From the NCBI GenBank assembly GCA_047150005.1, contig AP038806.1:896001-960000 (forward strand): 64,000 bases of DNA, given 5' to 3'. Shown here piece by piece: positions 20,806 through 32,267 of the stretch. A program made the translations under genes and the position numbers. The stretch is from Nitrospira sp. Lineage in GTDB: Bacteria > Nitrospirota > Nitrospiria > Nitrospirales > Nitrospiraceae. The notes below the pieces were generated by a model. That model had not been told where the DNA came from, ran no database searches, and saw only the letters and a list, made by a program, of their open reading frames with translations. Position 1 is the first letter of the stretch, and each line of letters begins with the position of its first letter.

Positions 20806-21759
20806 TTAGCCCTGCGGATAAAATTGCTTATTCAGTGGTTCCAAGAGGGGCCAGATTGATTTAATTTCTGTGTAATGCAGATCCTTCCACTTCTCCGGAC
20901 GAGGTGCCGAGCCTCCTGTGGTGTACACACGTCCCTGAATTGAGTCCAGCTGTGCCGTGAAGTACTTCGATGGGGGCAATTCACAAAACTCCCGAATCGT
21001 CTCGTACTCCACGTGTGGTCTCGCCAGAAGATCTTCGTGTCGGACTAACAGATACCTGCCCTGACAGTGCTCATTCAGATCCGTCCAGGCGGTTGTATTT
21101 GCCTCTACCCATTGAAAGGCGCAAATCTCCGCCAACGGCCTTCCAACCCAGCGTTGCCATCCCGGCGGAACGAGGTAATGCCATTTGTTAAATGACCACG
21201 TGGCATGGTCGGTCCTTGACCACACTTTCCATCCTTCCATCAACGAACTCACGACATCCTCGCCTCTTCTCATGACAAAAATAAATTTTGCGTCTGGAAA
21301 CATGCTCGCGAGAAACGGAATCCGCAGGCAATTCGCAGGGGTTTTTTCTACAAGTCGTATTGGTGGAGTTTTATAACAGTTTACAATTGGGCGTTGCATG
21401 AGCTTACGTGGCACGAACTTCCATCCGATTCGATCTTTCAGATACTCCTTATTATGTGCCATGGCATACAACGAACTATGCACCTCACTCCTCACAGCAG
21501 GCGCGGGACATTCCGTCACCCGATCTCCTTTTTCCGAATGTACGGGGTAGTGCTTGTACCAAACGTCCTGAGCCTCTACGTAGAGGCTCCAGAGAGACGG
21601 GTGACGTGAGAGGGTTTCAAAAAGGAGCGTGGTCCCAGACCGGTTACATCCGATGACGAAGATAGGTTTTGAGATCAATTGTGCGTTCTCTTGCGTTGGG
21701 ATCACGTGTTTAGCCGCATTGAACACCATTGTCTCGATAGGTTCAGTGCAGGCTTTCAT
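20806..21759 (-). CDS. Sulfotransferase family protein
   Basis: PIFVIGCNRSGTTLL PAPS loop, EKTPAN, FPDAKFIFVMRRGEDVVSS, VRHEDL. Confidence 0.9.
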   Translation of the reverse strand: MKACTEPIETMVFNAAKHVIPTQENAQLISKPIFVIGCNRSGTTLLFETLSRHPSLWSLYVEAQDVWYKHYPVHSEKGDRVTECPAPAVRSEVHSSLYAMAHNKEYLKDRIGWKFVPRKLMQRPIVNCYKTPPIRLVEKTPANCLRIPFLASMFPDAKFIFVMRRGEDVVSSLMEGWKVWSRTDHATWSFNKWHYLVPPGWQRWVGRPLAEICAFQWVEANTTAWTDLNEHCQGRYLLVRHEDLLARPHVEYETIREFCELPPSKYFTAQLDSIQGRVYTTGGSAPRPEKWKDLHYTEIKSIWPLLEPLNKQFYPQG

Positions 21760-22505
21760 CTTTCGTGAGCAGAAGCGTTTTCAGGAATCTCAATGTAGGT
21801 AAGGAGGTTATCGCACGATTGGCTTATGAGGTGATAACAGTGGTCGAATTGCTCAATCGTTCCACCATAGGGGTCAGGGATATGTGTCAAGATTCCGCTG
21901 CGAAAACTGCTGAGAAGCGATACCTTCCCTTGTGCCTCGGGATATGTCGCCAGCAAGGTCTGTCGTTGTGCATAATCCATGACCACAATCAGGTCAGCTT
22001 GACGGATCATCTCCCTGCTAATGGGTGTTGTTCTGTGCTCTTCGAGAGCCAAACCGTATTGTCGGGCAATTGTTTCGGCTACGGCGTTTGCCGTATGTCC
22101 CGGCGTGGTATCTAATCCAGCTGAGAATACTCTCAACTGGTTCTTGCCCTTGATCTTCGATTTCACGTACGCCTCTGCCAACGGGCTCCGACAAATGTTA
22201 CCTTTGCAGACGAAGAAGAGACTCTGAACAGGGCGAGGTCGGTTCGCGATAATCGTATCCTCTTGAGTCCACACCCAGACAGCAATCCTCCTAAACACCT
22301 TCGCCTTGAGAATATGGAGTAAGCTAGTAAGTCTTTGTATAGGGACAACTAGCGTGAGGTGAGTACATTTGTGAATGAGTCGACGTACAGGGGTATTGGT
22401 TGTTTTCAAGTGGTCAATGACAAGATTGTTCGGTCTCGTACACATGAATCTACAACCGAATCCGCTTGCCGTTGGGCGGTTCACACACGTGTAGGCTCGG
22501 ATCAC
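21756..22505 (-). CDS. Low-molecular-weight protein-tyrosine phosphatase (start uncertain)
   Basis: VCKGNICRSPLAE P-loop, SAGL, IPDPYGG. Confidence 0.85.
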   Translation of the reverse strand: MIRAYTCVNRPTASGFGCRFMCTRPNNLVIDHLKTTNTPVRRLIHKCTHLTLVVPIQRLTSLLHILKAKVFRRIAVWVWTQEDTIIANRPRPVQSLFFVCKGNICRSPLAEAYVKSKIKGKNQLRVFSAGLDTTPGHTANAVAETIARQYGLALEEHRTTPISREMIRQADLIVVMDYAQRQTLLATYPEAQGKVSLLSSFRSGILTHIPDPYGGTIEQFDHCYHLISQSCDNLLTYIEIPENASAHER

Positions 22506-23011
22506 GCCAGGAACTGTTGAATCTGCAACCCTTCTTCGGATGCATATTCACGACACCTTTGCGAGACTGAGTCTCACGTTGAGATCAAGATGCATATTCC
22601 TTTGAATGATTGAATCGCTTGAGCACCCCATGGATGAAATTGTAGTGGATCTGACCCGAAGGAATGTCACTGAATGATTAACTCTGAGCAAACTTCCGAG
22701 CACATTATGGTTACGGCTAGGTTACGGCATCCAACGATCGCATGCGATGTAGACGACTATCTCGGCGTCTGAAGGAGGCCTAGGCCAAAGACCGCGACGT
22801 GTTCACTTGGGGGGTTTGTCATGTGCTTCTTGTGCTACGCATGTAGAGGTGACGGACGGCGTATTCACCGCTTGAGTTATGGACGGTCCCTCATCAAGAC
22901 CGCGACCCAGATGAATTCAACAACACGAGCCATCACGGCGACAACGGACCCTCGTAGATCGACCGCATGCAAGGCACTCACGAAATACTTCGTCATGAAT
23001 CCCATAGCGCG

Positions 23012-23377
23012 TCATCCGGCCTGACCAGACATCAACTCTTCGATGAGTTTCAGAACTGGACCGGTCTTGATGATGTCGAAGTGCCCCTTCCTGGTTTCGC
23101 GTACGACCAGTGCCCGCGCTTGCATCGCATAGTCCTTCCTTGCCACATCGTTGGACTGTTCTTTGGCCTTCCAGGATTGTTCGACCAAATAAATGATGTC
23201 ATGGATCGCACGGTCAGTAGAGTCGCGATGCGGGTGATTAGCATCTCGCGCGGCATCCTTGAGAGCTGTTTCCGCCTGACTGACGACATCGGCAGCTGAT
23301 GCGGGCCGCTGAAGACGTGGCTCAAGCCCGAGCAGCAGACAAACGAATGCCAGGACGACGAAGTAAACGAGTTTCAT
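23012..23377 (-). CDS. Hypothetical secreted protein
   Basis: Signal peptide MKLVYFVVLAFVCLLLG, helical mature part. Confidence 0.6.
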   Translation of the reverse strand: MKLVYFVVLAFVCLLLGLEPRLQRPASAADVVSQAETALKDAARDANHPHRDSTDRAIHDIIYLVEQSWKAKEQSNDVARKDYAMQARALVVRETRKGHFDIIKTGPVLKLIEELMSGQAG

Positions 23378-23527
23378 TTCACACCCCGCTTGGCACTCAA
23401 TCCAACCATTACAGACTCCGAGTCATGTGAGCGGCATCAGTCGTTCTCATGGTAGGCAGGACTTGTAAAGTTGGCGTTGCCAGCGCGTTAATGGTCTGTT
23501 TCGCAATTGGCACGAAGCACAAGAGCA

Positions 23528-23644
23528 GCCTGGGATCACAAGCTACGCCAGGCTGTCCAGATGCTCCACCGGAAGTTCAAAATGGTCGATGGTTTGGTCG
23601 ATGAACGGCAGGCGGTCGCAGCAGGTACGTCGAACTCATTGAAA
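23528..23644 (+). pseudogene. Tyrosine integrase C-terminal remnant
   Basis: AWDHKLRQAVQML...GLVDERQAVA aligns with AWDRKLRESVVLL...GLSDEKKAVA of the 25177 remnant; abuts an att copy. Confidence 0.7.
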
Positions 23645-23689
23645 AGTGGTGAGCCGCCTGGGACTCGAACCCAGGGCCCTCGCCTTAAA
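23645..23689 (-). mobile_element. att site: exact 45-bp duplicate of the tRNA-Lys 3' half
   Basis: agtggtgagccgcctgggactcgaacccagggccctcgccttaaa is identical to 25507-25551. Confidence 0.95.
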
Positions 23690-23848
23690 GACTTGAAGAA
23701 ACAGGTTTTAACAGCCGCTTGATTTTACGAATGTTTCCTCGTTTTATATTTGCAGTCAAAGGCTTTTGAGGTTTCTATTGAGTCTATAGAATCTGTCTGT
23801 TGCGATCGGTTCCGCAGATGTTTAGCACAAATTTAGCACAGGTACTGT

Positions 23849-24466
23849 TCAGGCAGGCTTTGGAGTACAACCTTCAATAAATTTGATGAGTCCATCGAAC
23901 GATCCTTGGTCAGCCTGCTTCATCGCTTTGATATACTCCTCTCGCACCTCATGGCCTTGTGTCATGAGGTGGATTTGGGGCCACTCCGGCAAGGAATGTT
24001 TACGGGAATAGAAGAAAATGTCGGTTACCAGTCTTGCGTGTCGGCCATTGCCATTTCGAAAAGGGTGAATCTTGGTCAATCTGTTCTGAAGGCGTGCAGC
24101 AACTTCTAAGGTCGGCATCGTTGAGGAAGGGGAGTCCCAAAACAGAAAATCATCGCATAACATCCGAATGTGTTCCGGTATCAGGTGCGAAGCAATGCCG
24201 ATGTTAAGCTCATCGGTTCGAAACTTTCCTGCCCATTCCCATAGTGAGCCGAACATGTCCTGATGCAGTTTACGGAGAAAATCCTCGGTCAACCAGTGTG
24301 TACCTCGCTTCTTCCTTCGTGCTTCAAAAATGTACTTGTTATACGCGAGGCTAATCTCATCTGCCTCTGCCGCATTCCTCTCTTCGCGAGTAACGAGATG
24401 TGTGAGGATCAGACCAGAGGTGTCGTCCCCGGGCGTCGCTCCGGCTGGCTGTGATCCATTGGCCAT
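23849..24466 (-). CDS. Mobile mystery protein B (Fic domain)
   Basis: HPFRNGNGRHARL Fic motif, LHQDMFGSLWEWAGKFR, N-terminal GATP. Confidence 0.9.
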   Translation of the reverse strand: MANGSQPAGATPGDDTSGLILTHLVTREERNAAEADEISLAYNKYIFEARRKKRGTHWLTEDFLRKLHQDMFGSLWEWAGKFRTDELNIGIASHLIPEHIRMLCDDFLFWDSPSSTMPTLEVAARLQNRLTKIHPFRNGNGRHARLVTDIFFYSRKHSLPEWPQIHLMTQGHEVREEYIKAMKQADQGSFDGLIKFIEGCTPKPA

Positions 24467-24476
24467 TGGTGTTGAG

Positions 24477-24926
24477 CTAGATATATTTGTGACGACTACG
24501 GAGAATTTCGTCTGTGCGTTTTTCCAGGAGCCGTTTAAATGATTCTTTATCGGGAGCTTGGTCTTCGAGTGCCATAGTTCCCATCGTGTGCTTGAGACGT
24601 TTGAGCGCCAGACTGGCGGCGCGACCTCGGACTATTTCATCAAGAGGCTTTTTCAAGCGTGGTTCAACATTCAGATCAGATCCCAGTCCTTGATAGATTC
24701 GCCGAAGCGTGCCTACTTGGGGATCGGCTTTTCCCGATTCGATTGCGGCGAGATTGGGTTGAGTAATATGCGCGCGCTTCGCGAGTTCAACCTGAGTCAT
24801 TCTTAGTCGATTGCGCAGGATACGTATCCACTCCCCTGGAGTACGACTACCAGCCTCTTTCGGATCTTGGACCTGAAGATGGGAGAGCGCGATGTCGTCG
24901 ATGATTGTAGCGAGCTTTTTCTTCAT
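24477..24926 (-). CDS. Mobile mystery protein A (XRE-family HTH)
   Basis: GEWIRILRNRLRMTQVELAKR..IESG; TMALEDQ; directly upstream of the Fic gene. Confidence 0.88.
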   Translation of the reverse strand: MKKKLATIIDDIALSHLQVQDPKEAGSRTPGEWIRILRNRLRMTQVELAKRAHITQPNLAAIESGKADPQVGTLRRIYQGLGSDLNVEPRLKKPLDEIVRGRAASLALKRLKHTMGTMALEDQAPDKESFKRLLEKRTDEILRSRHKYI

Positions 24927-24933
24927 GGTTATT

Positions 24934-24987
24934 TTTATACTGTATTCGATATTAAAGCAACTAACAATATATTGAAAACAGTATAAA
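24934..24987. promoter_or_regulatory. Inverted-repeat operator upstream of mobile mystery A
   Basis: tttatactgtattcgatat (24934-24952) versus the reverse complement of 24969-24987, 17/19 match, in an AT-rich region. Confidence 0.55.
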
Positions 24988-25176
24988 TAAACACATATTT
25001 ATATCGATTACAGCATACAATATAGCATAACTTATTGTAATACAATGAGTTATGCAGCACCCGATGCACTCCATAGAGTGCATCATTTACCTAGGAAATG
25101 CAGCAATTACAGGGGGTGACGTCCGTCGGCCCTATGGGCGCTTCACGATCCCCTCCCCTCGCTCACGGACGGTCGG

Positions 25177-25578
25177 GTGTTTCGCCGCTGGGAGGGTATC
25201 CGAGCCTTTCGGAAGTACTGGGCGCGAGTGTGCACCCTCGCCAAAATTCAGGACCTGCACTTCCACGACCTCCGACACACCTTTACGACGCGATTACAGG
25301 GCCTCGGCGTGGACTATGAGGTCAGGCAGGCCCTGCTCGGGCATCGGATGCCGGGCATGACGGCCAGTTATTCGCACGGCGGGCCAGCCTGGGATCGAAA
25401 GCTGCGGGAATCCGTGGTCCTGCTCGATCAGGCCTTCCGTTTGTCCTATGGATTGTCCGATGAGAAAAAGGCGGTGGCGATGGGGACGATGCAACCTTCT
25501 GATTTTAGTGGTGAGCCGCCTGGGACTCGAACCCAGGGCCCTCGCCTTAAAAGGGCGATGCTCTACCGTCTGAGCTAG
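25177..25578 (+). pseudogene. 5'-truncated tyrosine integrase
   Basis: HFHDLRHTF, LLGH, MTASY catalytic boxes; N-terminal domains absent. Confidence 0.85.
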
Positions 25579-25584
25579 CGGCTC
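25509..25584 (-). tRNA. tRNA-Lys(TTT)
   Basis: GAGCCGCTAGCTCAG...TCGCC-CTTTTAA-GGCGA...GGTTCGAGTCC...GGCTCACCA, 76 nt. Confidence 0.97.
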
Positions 25585-25675
25585 ACCGAATGGAGGAGGG
25601 GGATTGTAACACCGACATTTCACCCGTGCCTAGCAGAAGATTGCGGAGGCTGCCGTGTCGAACGGAGAGACTCGT

Positions 25676-27100
<1,425 letters not shown>

Positions 27101-27244
27101 TCAGAACCGGGGCATGGTATGGACCCCTCTAATGTTTGTCAAGAAGCGAGGGGGATTTGTTGACTGGCCGCCGCTTGGGGTGTTAGCATGCGTTTTCGTC
27201 TGAACACCGCATTTCGATTGAACATTGTTGCCAATCTGACGTGT

Positions 27245-27320
27245 GGGGCTGTAGCGCAGCTGGGAGCGCGCGTGAATGGCATTCACGAGGTCGCGGGTTC
27301 AATCCCCGCCAGCTCCACCA
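27245..27320 (+). tRNA. tRNA-Ala(GGC)
   Basis: GGGGCTGTAGCGCAG...CGTGA-ATGGCAT-TCACG...GGTTCAATCC...CTCCACCA. Confidence 0.97.
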
Positions 27321-27600
27321 AACCAAGCTTGCTCGTGCCGGTCACTCTTTTAGGTCGTATCGTGATTGCTGCGACCGGAGAGAGTCGTCAACCCTTGTGG
27401 GTTGTTTGAAATACCAAGCTTGCGCGTGCCGTCGGCTATTCAAGGCTTCTTGTGATCAGGTCGGCGGAAAAGCACCCGACGCAATCATTCACTGTAGGGT
27501 ATGATGCCTCTCTTCCCACTCATGCGCCTCCCGCCCTGCTCCGCTTAGGTTGAACCTTTGATCTGAGTACCTGAGTTCACCGTCCCAATCGAGTACCGCC

Positions 27601-29469
27601 ATGCTGCAAATCGAGTCTGTCCATAAGCAATTCTCCACCAAGGTTCTGTTCAACGGCGCATCCGCTCATCTGCGGCCTCACAGCCGTGTCGGTCTCGTCG
27701 GTCCGAACGGAACCGGAAAAACCACGCTATTCAAGATGATTCTCGGGGAGGAATCTCCGGACGAGGGCGCGATTCGGAAGCGGCCGCGGCTGCAGATCGG
27801 CTATCTGCCTCAAGAACTCGAAACGATCACCGGCAAGACGGCGCTGGACGCCGCCCACCGGGATCAGTACCCCGAGCACGAGGCCAAGCGCATTCTTTCC
27901 GGCCTCGGGTTCAGCGAAGCCGACTTCGCGCGGCCGGTGGAAAACCTTTCGGGCGGCTACCGAATGCGCGTGGCGTTGGCGCATCTGCTGCTGTCCAACC
28001 CGGACGTGCTCATGCTGGACGAGCCCACCAACCATCTGGACAAGCCCACGCAACGATGGTTCGAAGACTTCCTCCTGAATTCGAAGCTCACGCTTCTGGT
28101 GATCAGCCACGACACGGCCTTTCTCGATCGCACCGTGACCCACATCTGGGAATTGCGCGACCGGAGTATCCAGGAATTTCGCGGCAACTATACGAAGTTC
28201 CGGGAGCTGCGCGCCGAGCGCGACGCCCAACTACACGCGGCCGCCAACCGCCAGGCCAAGGAAGTGGCGCGGGTACAGCAGTTCGTCGATCGGTTCCGGT
28301 ATCAGGCCAACAAGGCCCGTCAGGTCCAGTCACGCATCAAGCAATTGGAAAAGGTCAAGCTGATCGAGCTCCAGCGAGACGCCAAGCGTGTGAAGTTCAA
28401 GTTTCCGCTGCCCTCCACCAGCGGCCGCCACGTGCTGGACCTGGCCGGAGCCGCCAAACGCTACGGCGAGAAGATCGTCTATGGCTCTCTGGATTTTTCG
28501 GTCGAGCGTGGCCAGCGGATCGCACTGGTCGGAGAAAACGGCGCGGGCAAAAGCACGCTGCTGAAGATGCTGGCCGGCGTGCTGCCCCCCGACAAGGGCA
28601 CGCGCACGGTCGGACACGGCGTCAGCCTCCATTATTTCGCTCAACATCAGGCCGAAACGCTCAATCCCGAGCACACGATCTTGGAGTCGCTGGGCGAAGT
28701 CTCGAGTACGGTGGAAACCAATTTTCTCCGTGGGCTCGCCGGCGCCTTCCTGTTTTCCGGTCCGGATCAGAAAAAGCCGATCAAGGCGCTGAGCGGAGGC
28801 GAGCGCAACCGGGTGGCACTGGCCCGGATGCTGGTCGAGCCGGCCAATACGCTCCTCCTGGACGAGCCGACGAATCACCTGGATCCGGCGTCCGTCGACG
28901 TGCTCACCGACGCATTGACTGAATTTCCCGGCACGATCATCTTCATCTCGCACGATCCCACATTCCTCACCCGCATCTCGACGCGCATCGTCGAAATCGA
29001 AGAGGGAAAGGCCCGGAATTTCTTCGGCGACTATGAATACTATTTGTGGAAGAAGGCACAGGAACTGGACTCGATCAAGGAGAACAGCGAGGAATTGGAA
29101 GACGCGAAATCCGGCCGGAGCGGAGCGAAGACCGGTCAGGCTGGAACGCCCGCTCCGACCAAAGCCATGACGTCCCAGTCACAGCCCAAATCGTCGGCGG
29201 GAGATCGACGCGATCTGAACAAGACGCAGGCCCGCCTGGAAAAGCAAGTCGCGCGCGCGGAGTCCGACATCGCAGCCCAGGAAGGGCGCATCAAGGAACG
29301 CGACCAGGTGCTCGCGGACCCGGCGCTCTATCAGGATTTCGCCAAGTGGAACAACCTGCACCAGGAGCAGGAATCTTGGAAGAAAGAATTGGAGCGGCTC
29401 ACCGCCCGCTGGGAATCGCTGTCGGCCGAGCTCGGCGACGTGAAACACAAGCTCGAAGCCCTCGCCTGA
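27601..29469 (+). CDS. ABC-F family ATP-binding protein
   Basis: Two ABC cassettes (GPNGTGKT, GENGAGKS, LSGG, LDEPTNHLD twice), inter-ABC linker, C-terminal coiled coil. Confidence 0.95.
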   Translation: MLQIESVHKQFSTKVLFNGASAHLRPHSRVGLVGPNGTGKTTLFKMILGEESPDEGAIRKRPRLQIGYLPQELETITGKTALDAAHRDQYPEHEAKRILSGLGFSEADFARPVENLSGGYRMRVALAHLLLSNPDVLMLDEPTNHLDKPTQRWFEDFLLNSKLTLLVISHDTAFLDRTVTHIWELRDRSIQEFRGNYTKFRELRAERDAQLHAAANRQAKEVARVQQFVDRFRYQANKARQVQSRIKQLEKVKLIELQRDAKRVKFKFPLPSTSGRHVLDLAGAAKRYGEKIVYGSLDFSVERGQRIALVGENGAGKSTLLKMLAGVLPPDKGTRTVGHGVSLHYFAQHQAETLNPEHTILESLGEVSSTVETNFLRGLAGAFLFSGPDQKKPIKALSGGERNRVALARMLVEPANTLLLDEPTNHLDPASVDVLTDALTEFPGTIIFISHDPTFLTRISTRIVEIEEGKARNFFGDYEYYLWKKAQELDSIKENSEELEDAKSGRSGAKTGQAGTPAPTKAMTSQSQPKSSAGDRRDLNKTQARLEKQVARAESDIAAQEGRIKERDQVLADPALYQDFAKWNNLHQEQESWKKELERLTARWESLSAELGDVKHKLEALA

Positions 29470-29568
29470 CGGTACGGGACCGGACCCGGCTACGCCGGCA
29501 GGCCGCCTCTTGTAGCATCCTGTTCGTGATGATGTGGAAACGCACCGAAAGGGAACGGATCAGACAGG

Positions 29569-29958
29569 TCAGGACGAGGACTTGATCGTCTCTTCCAGAT
29601 AATAGTACAGCCAGCGGTTCTTCTCTTTTGTGACGACCTCATCCCAGACCACCCCGATCAAATAGCCCTTTTCCCATGGCTTGACCCACGCGACCGCGCC
29701 GTCCAGCTTTTCCTGCTGTTCCATGCGATCGGAGTCGAGGAATGCCAGGGACACCGTGACCCGTTCACCCATGCCCAGCTTTTCCTTGGCATGCAAGCCG
29801 GCCCCGACCTTGTTGACGTTGTCCAGGACGGCCGTAATGGCCTTGGAACCGCTTTTGGGAGAGACCAAGGCGGAGCCGACCAGGGTCGCGCGAACGAGCT
29901 TGCGTCGTTCGCTGCCGGTGGTGGCGGTGGGAGCTGATTTGGATTCCGACTTTTTCAT
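29569..29958 (-). CDS. PilZ-domain protein
   Basis: ERRKLVR and DNVNKVGAG motifs, GAVAWV..IGVVW. Confidence 0.7.
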   Translation of the reverse strand: MKKSESKSAPTATTGSERRKLVRATLVGSALVSPKSGSKAITAVLDNVNKVGAGLHAKEKLGMGERVTVSLAFLDSDRMEQQEKLDGAVAWVKPWEKGYLIGVVWDEVVTKEKNRWLYYYLEETIKSSS

Positions 29959-30012
29959 CGGCTACGTATAAGTATAACCGATAGGAATTCTTTGTCCATC
30001 GAGAAGATGGCC

Positions 30013-31308
30013 CTAGCGGTCCTTGGGCCTGAAGTAACGACGGCCCCGCAGGGGCTCGGGCAGATGCGTCTGGCTCGTTGCTGCACCGGGATCGTCATGG
30101 ACATACCGATAGCCCTTTCCATACCCGTGATCCCGCATCAGCGAGGTGACCGCATTGCGCAAATGAAGCGGCACGCCGAGATTTCCGAAGGCTCTGGCAT
30201 CGTTCATCGCTTCGAGCAGGCCGATGTAGGACGCATTGTCCTTCGCCCGGGTGGCCAGATAGGTCGTACCCTGCGCGAGGTTGATCTGCGCTTCCGGCAG
30301 TCCGACGAACTGGACCGCTTGGGCCACGGCCGTGGCCACCAACAGACCCGTCGGGTCGGCATTCCCCACATCTTCGGACGCGAAGATCACGAGCCGCCTG
30401 GCGATGAACTTGGGATCTTCCCCTGCCTCCAACATCCGCGCCAACCAATAGAGCGCCCCGTCCGGATCGGAATCCCTCAGGCTCTTGATGTAGGCGGAGA
30501 TGAGATTGTAGTGCTCCTCGCCCGCCTTGTCGTAGCGGAGCGTCTTCCTGAGCAGCGCCGCTTCCATCGCCGTGTCATCGACGCGCCTGACGCCCGTCTC
30601 ATCCTGGGCGGCCTGTCCCGCGACGAATTCCAGCGCGGTCAGCAGCGAACGGGCGTCGCCGTTCGCGTAGTTCAGGAGCCGCCGCTTCGCCTCGTCGGTC
30701 AGTTCCAAACGAAACGCGCCCAGCCCAGATTCGACGTCGCTGAGCGCGCGGATCAGGATCCGCTCGAGCGCTTCTTCGGTCAGCGGCTGCAGGGCAACGA
30801 CCAGCGATCGGGACAAAAGCGGCGCGATGACTTCGAAGGACGGGTTTTCGGTCGTTGCGCCGACCAGAATGATCGTACCCCGTTCGACGTGGGGAAGAAA
30901 CGCGTCCTGCTGCGCCTTATTGAAGCGATGGATTTCGTCGACGAAGAGCACCGTCCGCCGGCCGCTCGTCGCCAACCGGTGTTCCGACGTCTTGATGATC
31001 TCGCGCAGTTCGGGGATGCCGCCGGTGACCGCCGAGAAGGAGACGAAATGCGCCTTCGTGTGCCGCGCGATCAAGGACGCGAGCGTCGTCTTGCCGCAAC
31101 CGGGTGGTCCCCAGAAAATCAGCGACGCCAGACGGTCAGACTCGATCGCCTTGCGCAAGGGACGATCGGCGCCGACGACCTCTTCTTGTCCCACCAGATC
31201 GTCGAAGGAGCGCGGGCGAAGCCGTTCGGCGAGCGGAGACGTGCCGACACCCTTCTCCGGGCTGGACTCCGCAAAGAGGTCCAATCGCTCACCCTTGTCG
31301 CGGGGCAT
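30013..31308 (-). CDS. rarA: Replication-associated recombination protein A
   Basis: PLAERLRP, WGPPGCGKTT, DEIHRFNKAQQD, ATTENPSFE, VPLHLRNA. Confidence 0.96.
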   Translation of the reverse strand: MPRDKGERLDLFAESSPEKGVGTSPLAERLRPRSFDDLVGQEEVVGADRPLRKAIESDRLASLIFWGPPGCGKTTLASLIARHTKAHFVSFSAVTGGIPELREIIKTSEHRLATSGRRTVLFVDEIHRFNKAQQDAFLPHVERGTIILVGATTENPSFEVIAPLLSRSLVVALQPLTEEALERILIRALSDVESGLGAFRLELTDEAKRRLLNYANGDARSLLTALEFVAGQAAQDETGVRRVDDTAMEAALLRKTLRYDKAGEEHYNLISAYIKSLRDSDPDGALYWLARMLEAGEDPKFIARRLVIFASEDVGNADPTGLLVATAVAQAVQFVGLPEAQINLAQGTTYLATRAKDNASYIGLLEAMNDARAFGNLGVPLHLRNAVTSLMRDHGYGKGYRYVHDDPGAATSQTHLPEPLRGRRYFRPKDR

Positions 31309-31448
31309 GGAGAATTCTATACGGCTCCCTCAAACGACTGCAAATCCCGGTAGTGGGTCGATCAATGCTGAGGAGAGGGTTTTGTCGGCAGAAGCGCTTG
31401 ACGGCATCGAGCCGAAGTTGCTAGGAACCAGAGTGGCGGGAGACACTC

Positions 31449-32267
31449 ATGATTCACGAGGTGAACGGTATCCGATTAGGCTACACCGACCGTGGTGCGG
31501 GGCTTCCGCTGGTGCTCCTCCATGCCTTCCCGTTCAATCGGACAATGTGGGCCCGACAGGAGGCGCTGGCATCCCGGTTCCGGATCATCACCATCGACCT
31601 TCGAGGACATGGAGAATCCGACGCGCCGGCCTGGCGCTATAGCCTGGGTCAATATGCAGCCGACGTGCAGGGACTTCTGGACCGGCTCGGTGTGTCGCGC
31701 GCGGTGTTTGTCGGATTGTCCATGGGCGGCTATCTGGAATTCGCCCTGTACCGACATTGTCCGGATCTGATACTGGGTTTGGTCTTCGCCGACACGAGAG
31801 CGGAAGCGGACCGGGTGGAGCAGGTCAAGTGGCGGTTTGATCTGGCGCAACGAACCGCGGCCGTCGGTCCCTCCGCAGTCATCGACGACATGCTGCCGAA
31901 GCTGCTGTCTCCGAAAGCCTACGGGCGGCGTCCCGACCTTGTCGAGGAGGTCCGCGCGATCATCGCGGCGGCGCCGGTGCACGGAATCGTCGGAGACTTG
32001 ACGGCGATGGCGGAGCGCCCCGATTCGAGCGAACTGCTCTCAACGATTGCGCGGCCGGTCCTGGTGATCGTCGGCGAGGACGACGTCCTGACCCCGCCGG
32101 CCGACGCCGAACGGATCGCACGGGGCATTCCTGGAGCCCGGCTGGTCACGATTCCCGATGCGGGGCACTTGAGCAACATGGAGCAGCCGGACCTGTTCAA
32201 CCAAGCCCTGACGGAATTCGCGGACGGACTTTCCGCCGCGAAGCGTTCTCCGCCAAACCAACCTTAG
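31449..32267 (+). CDS. Alpha/beta-fold hydrolase
   Basis: [14 protein letters not shown] nucleophile elbow, AGHLSNME. Confidence 0.9.
   Translation: MIHEVNGIRLGYTDRGAGLPLVLLHAFPFNRTMWARQEALASRFRIITIDLRGHGESDAPAWRYSLGQYAADVQGLLDRLGVSRAVFVGLSMGGYLEFALYRHCPDLILGLVFADTRAEADRVEQVKWRFDLAQRTAAVGPSAVIDDMLPKLLSPKAYGRRPDLVEEVRAIIAAAPVHGIVGDLTAMAERPDSSELLSTIARPVLVIVGEDDVLTPPADAERIARGIPGARLVTIPDAGHLSNMEQPDLFNQALTEFADGLSAAKRSPPNQP

Noticed and set aside
23645..23689. Second tRNA-Lys gene
   Set aside because: Only the 3' half is present; treated as an att site
29992..31353. 453-aa plus-strand ORF
   Set aside because: Antisense shadow of rarA in GC-rich DNA; no recognisable motifs
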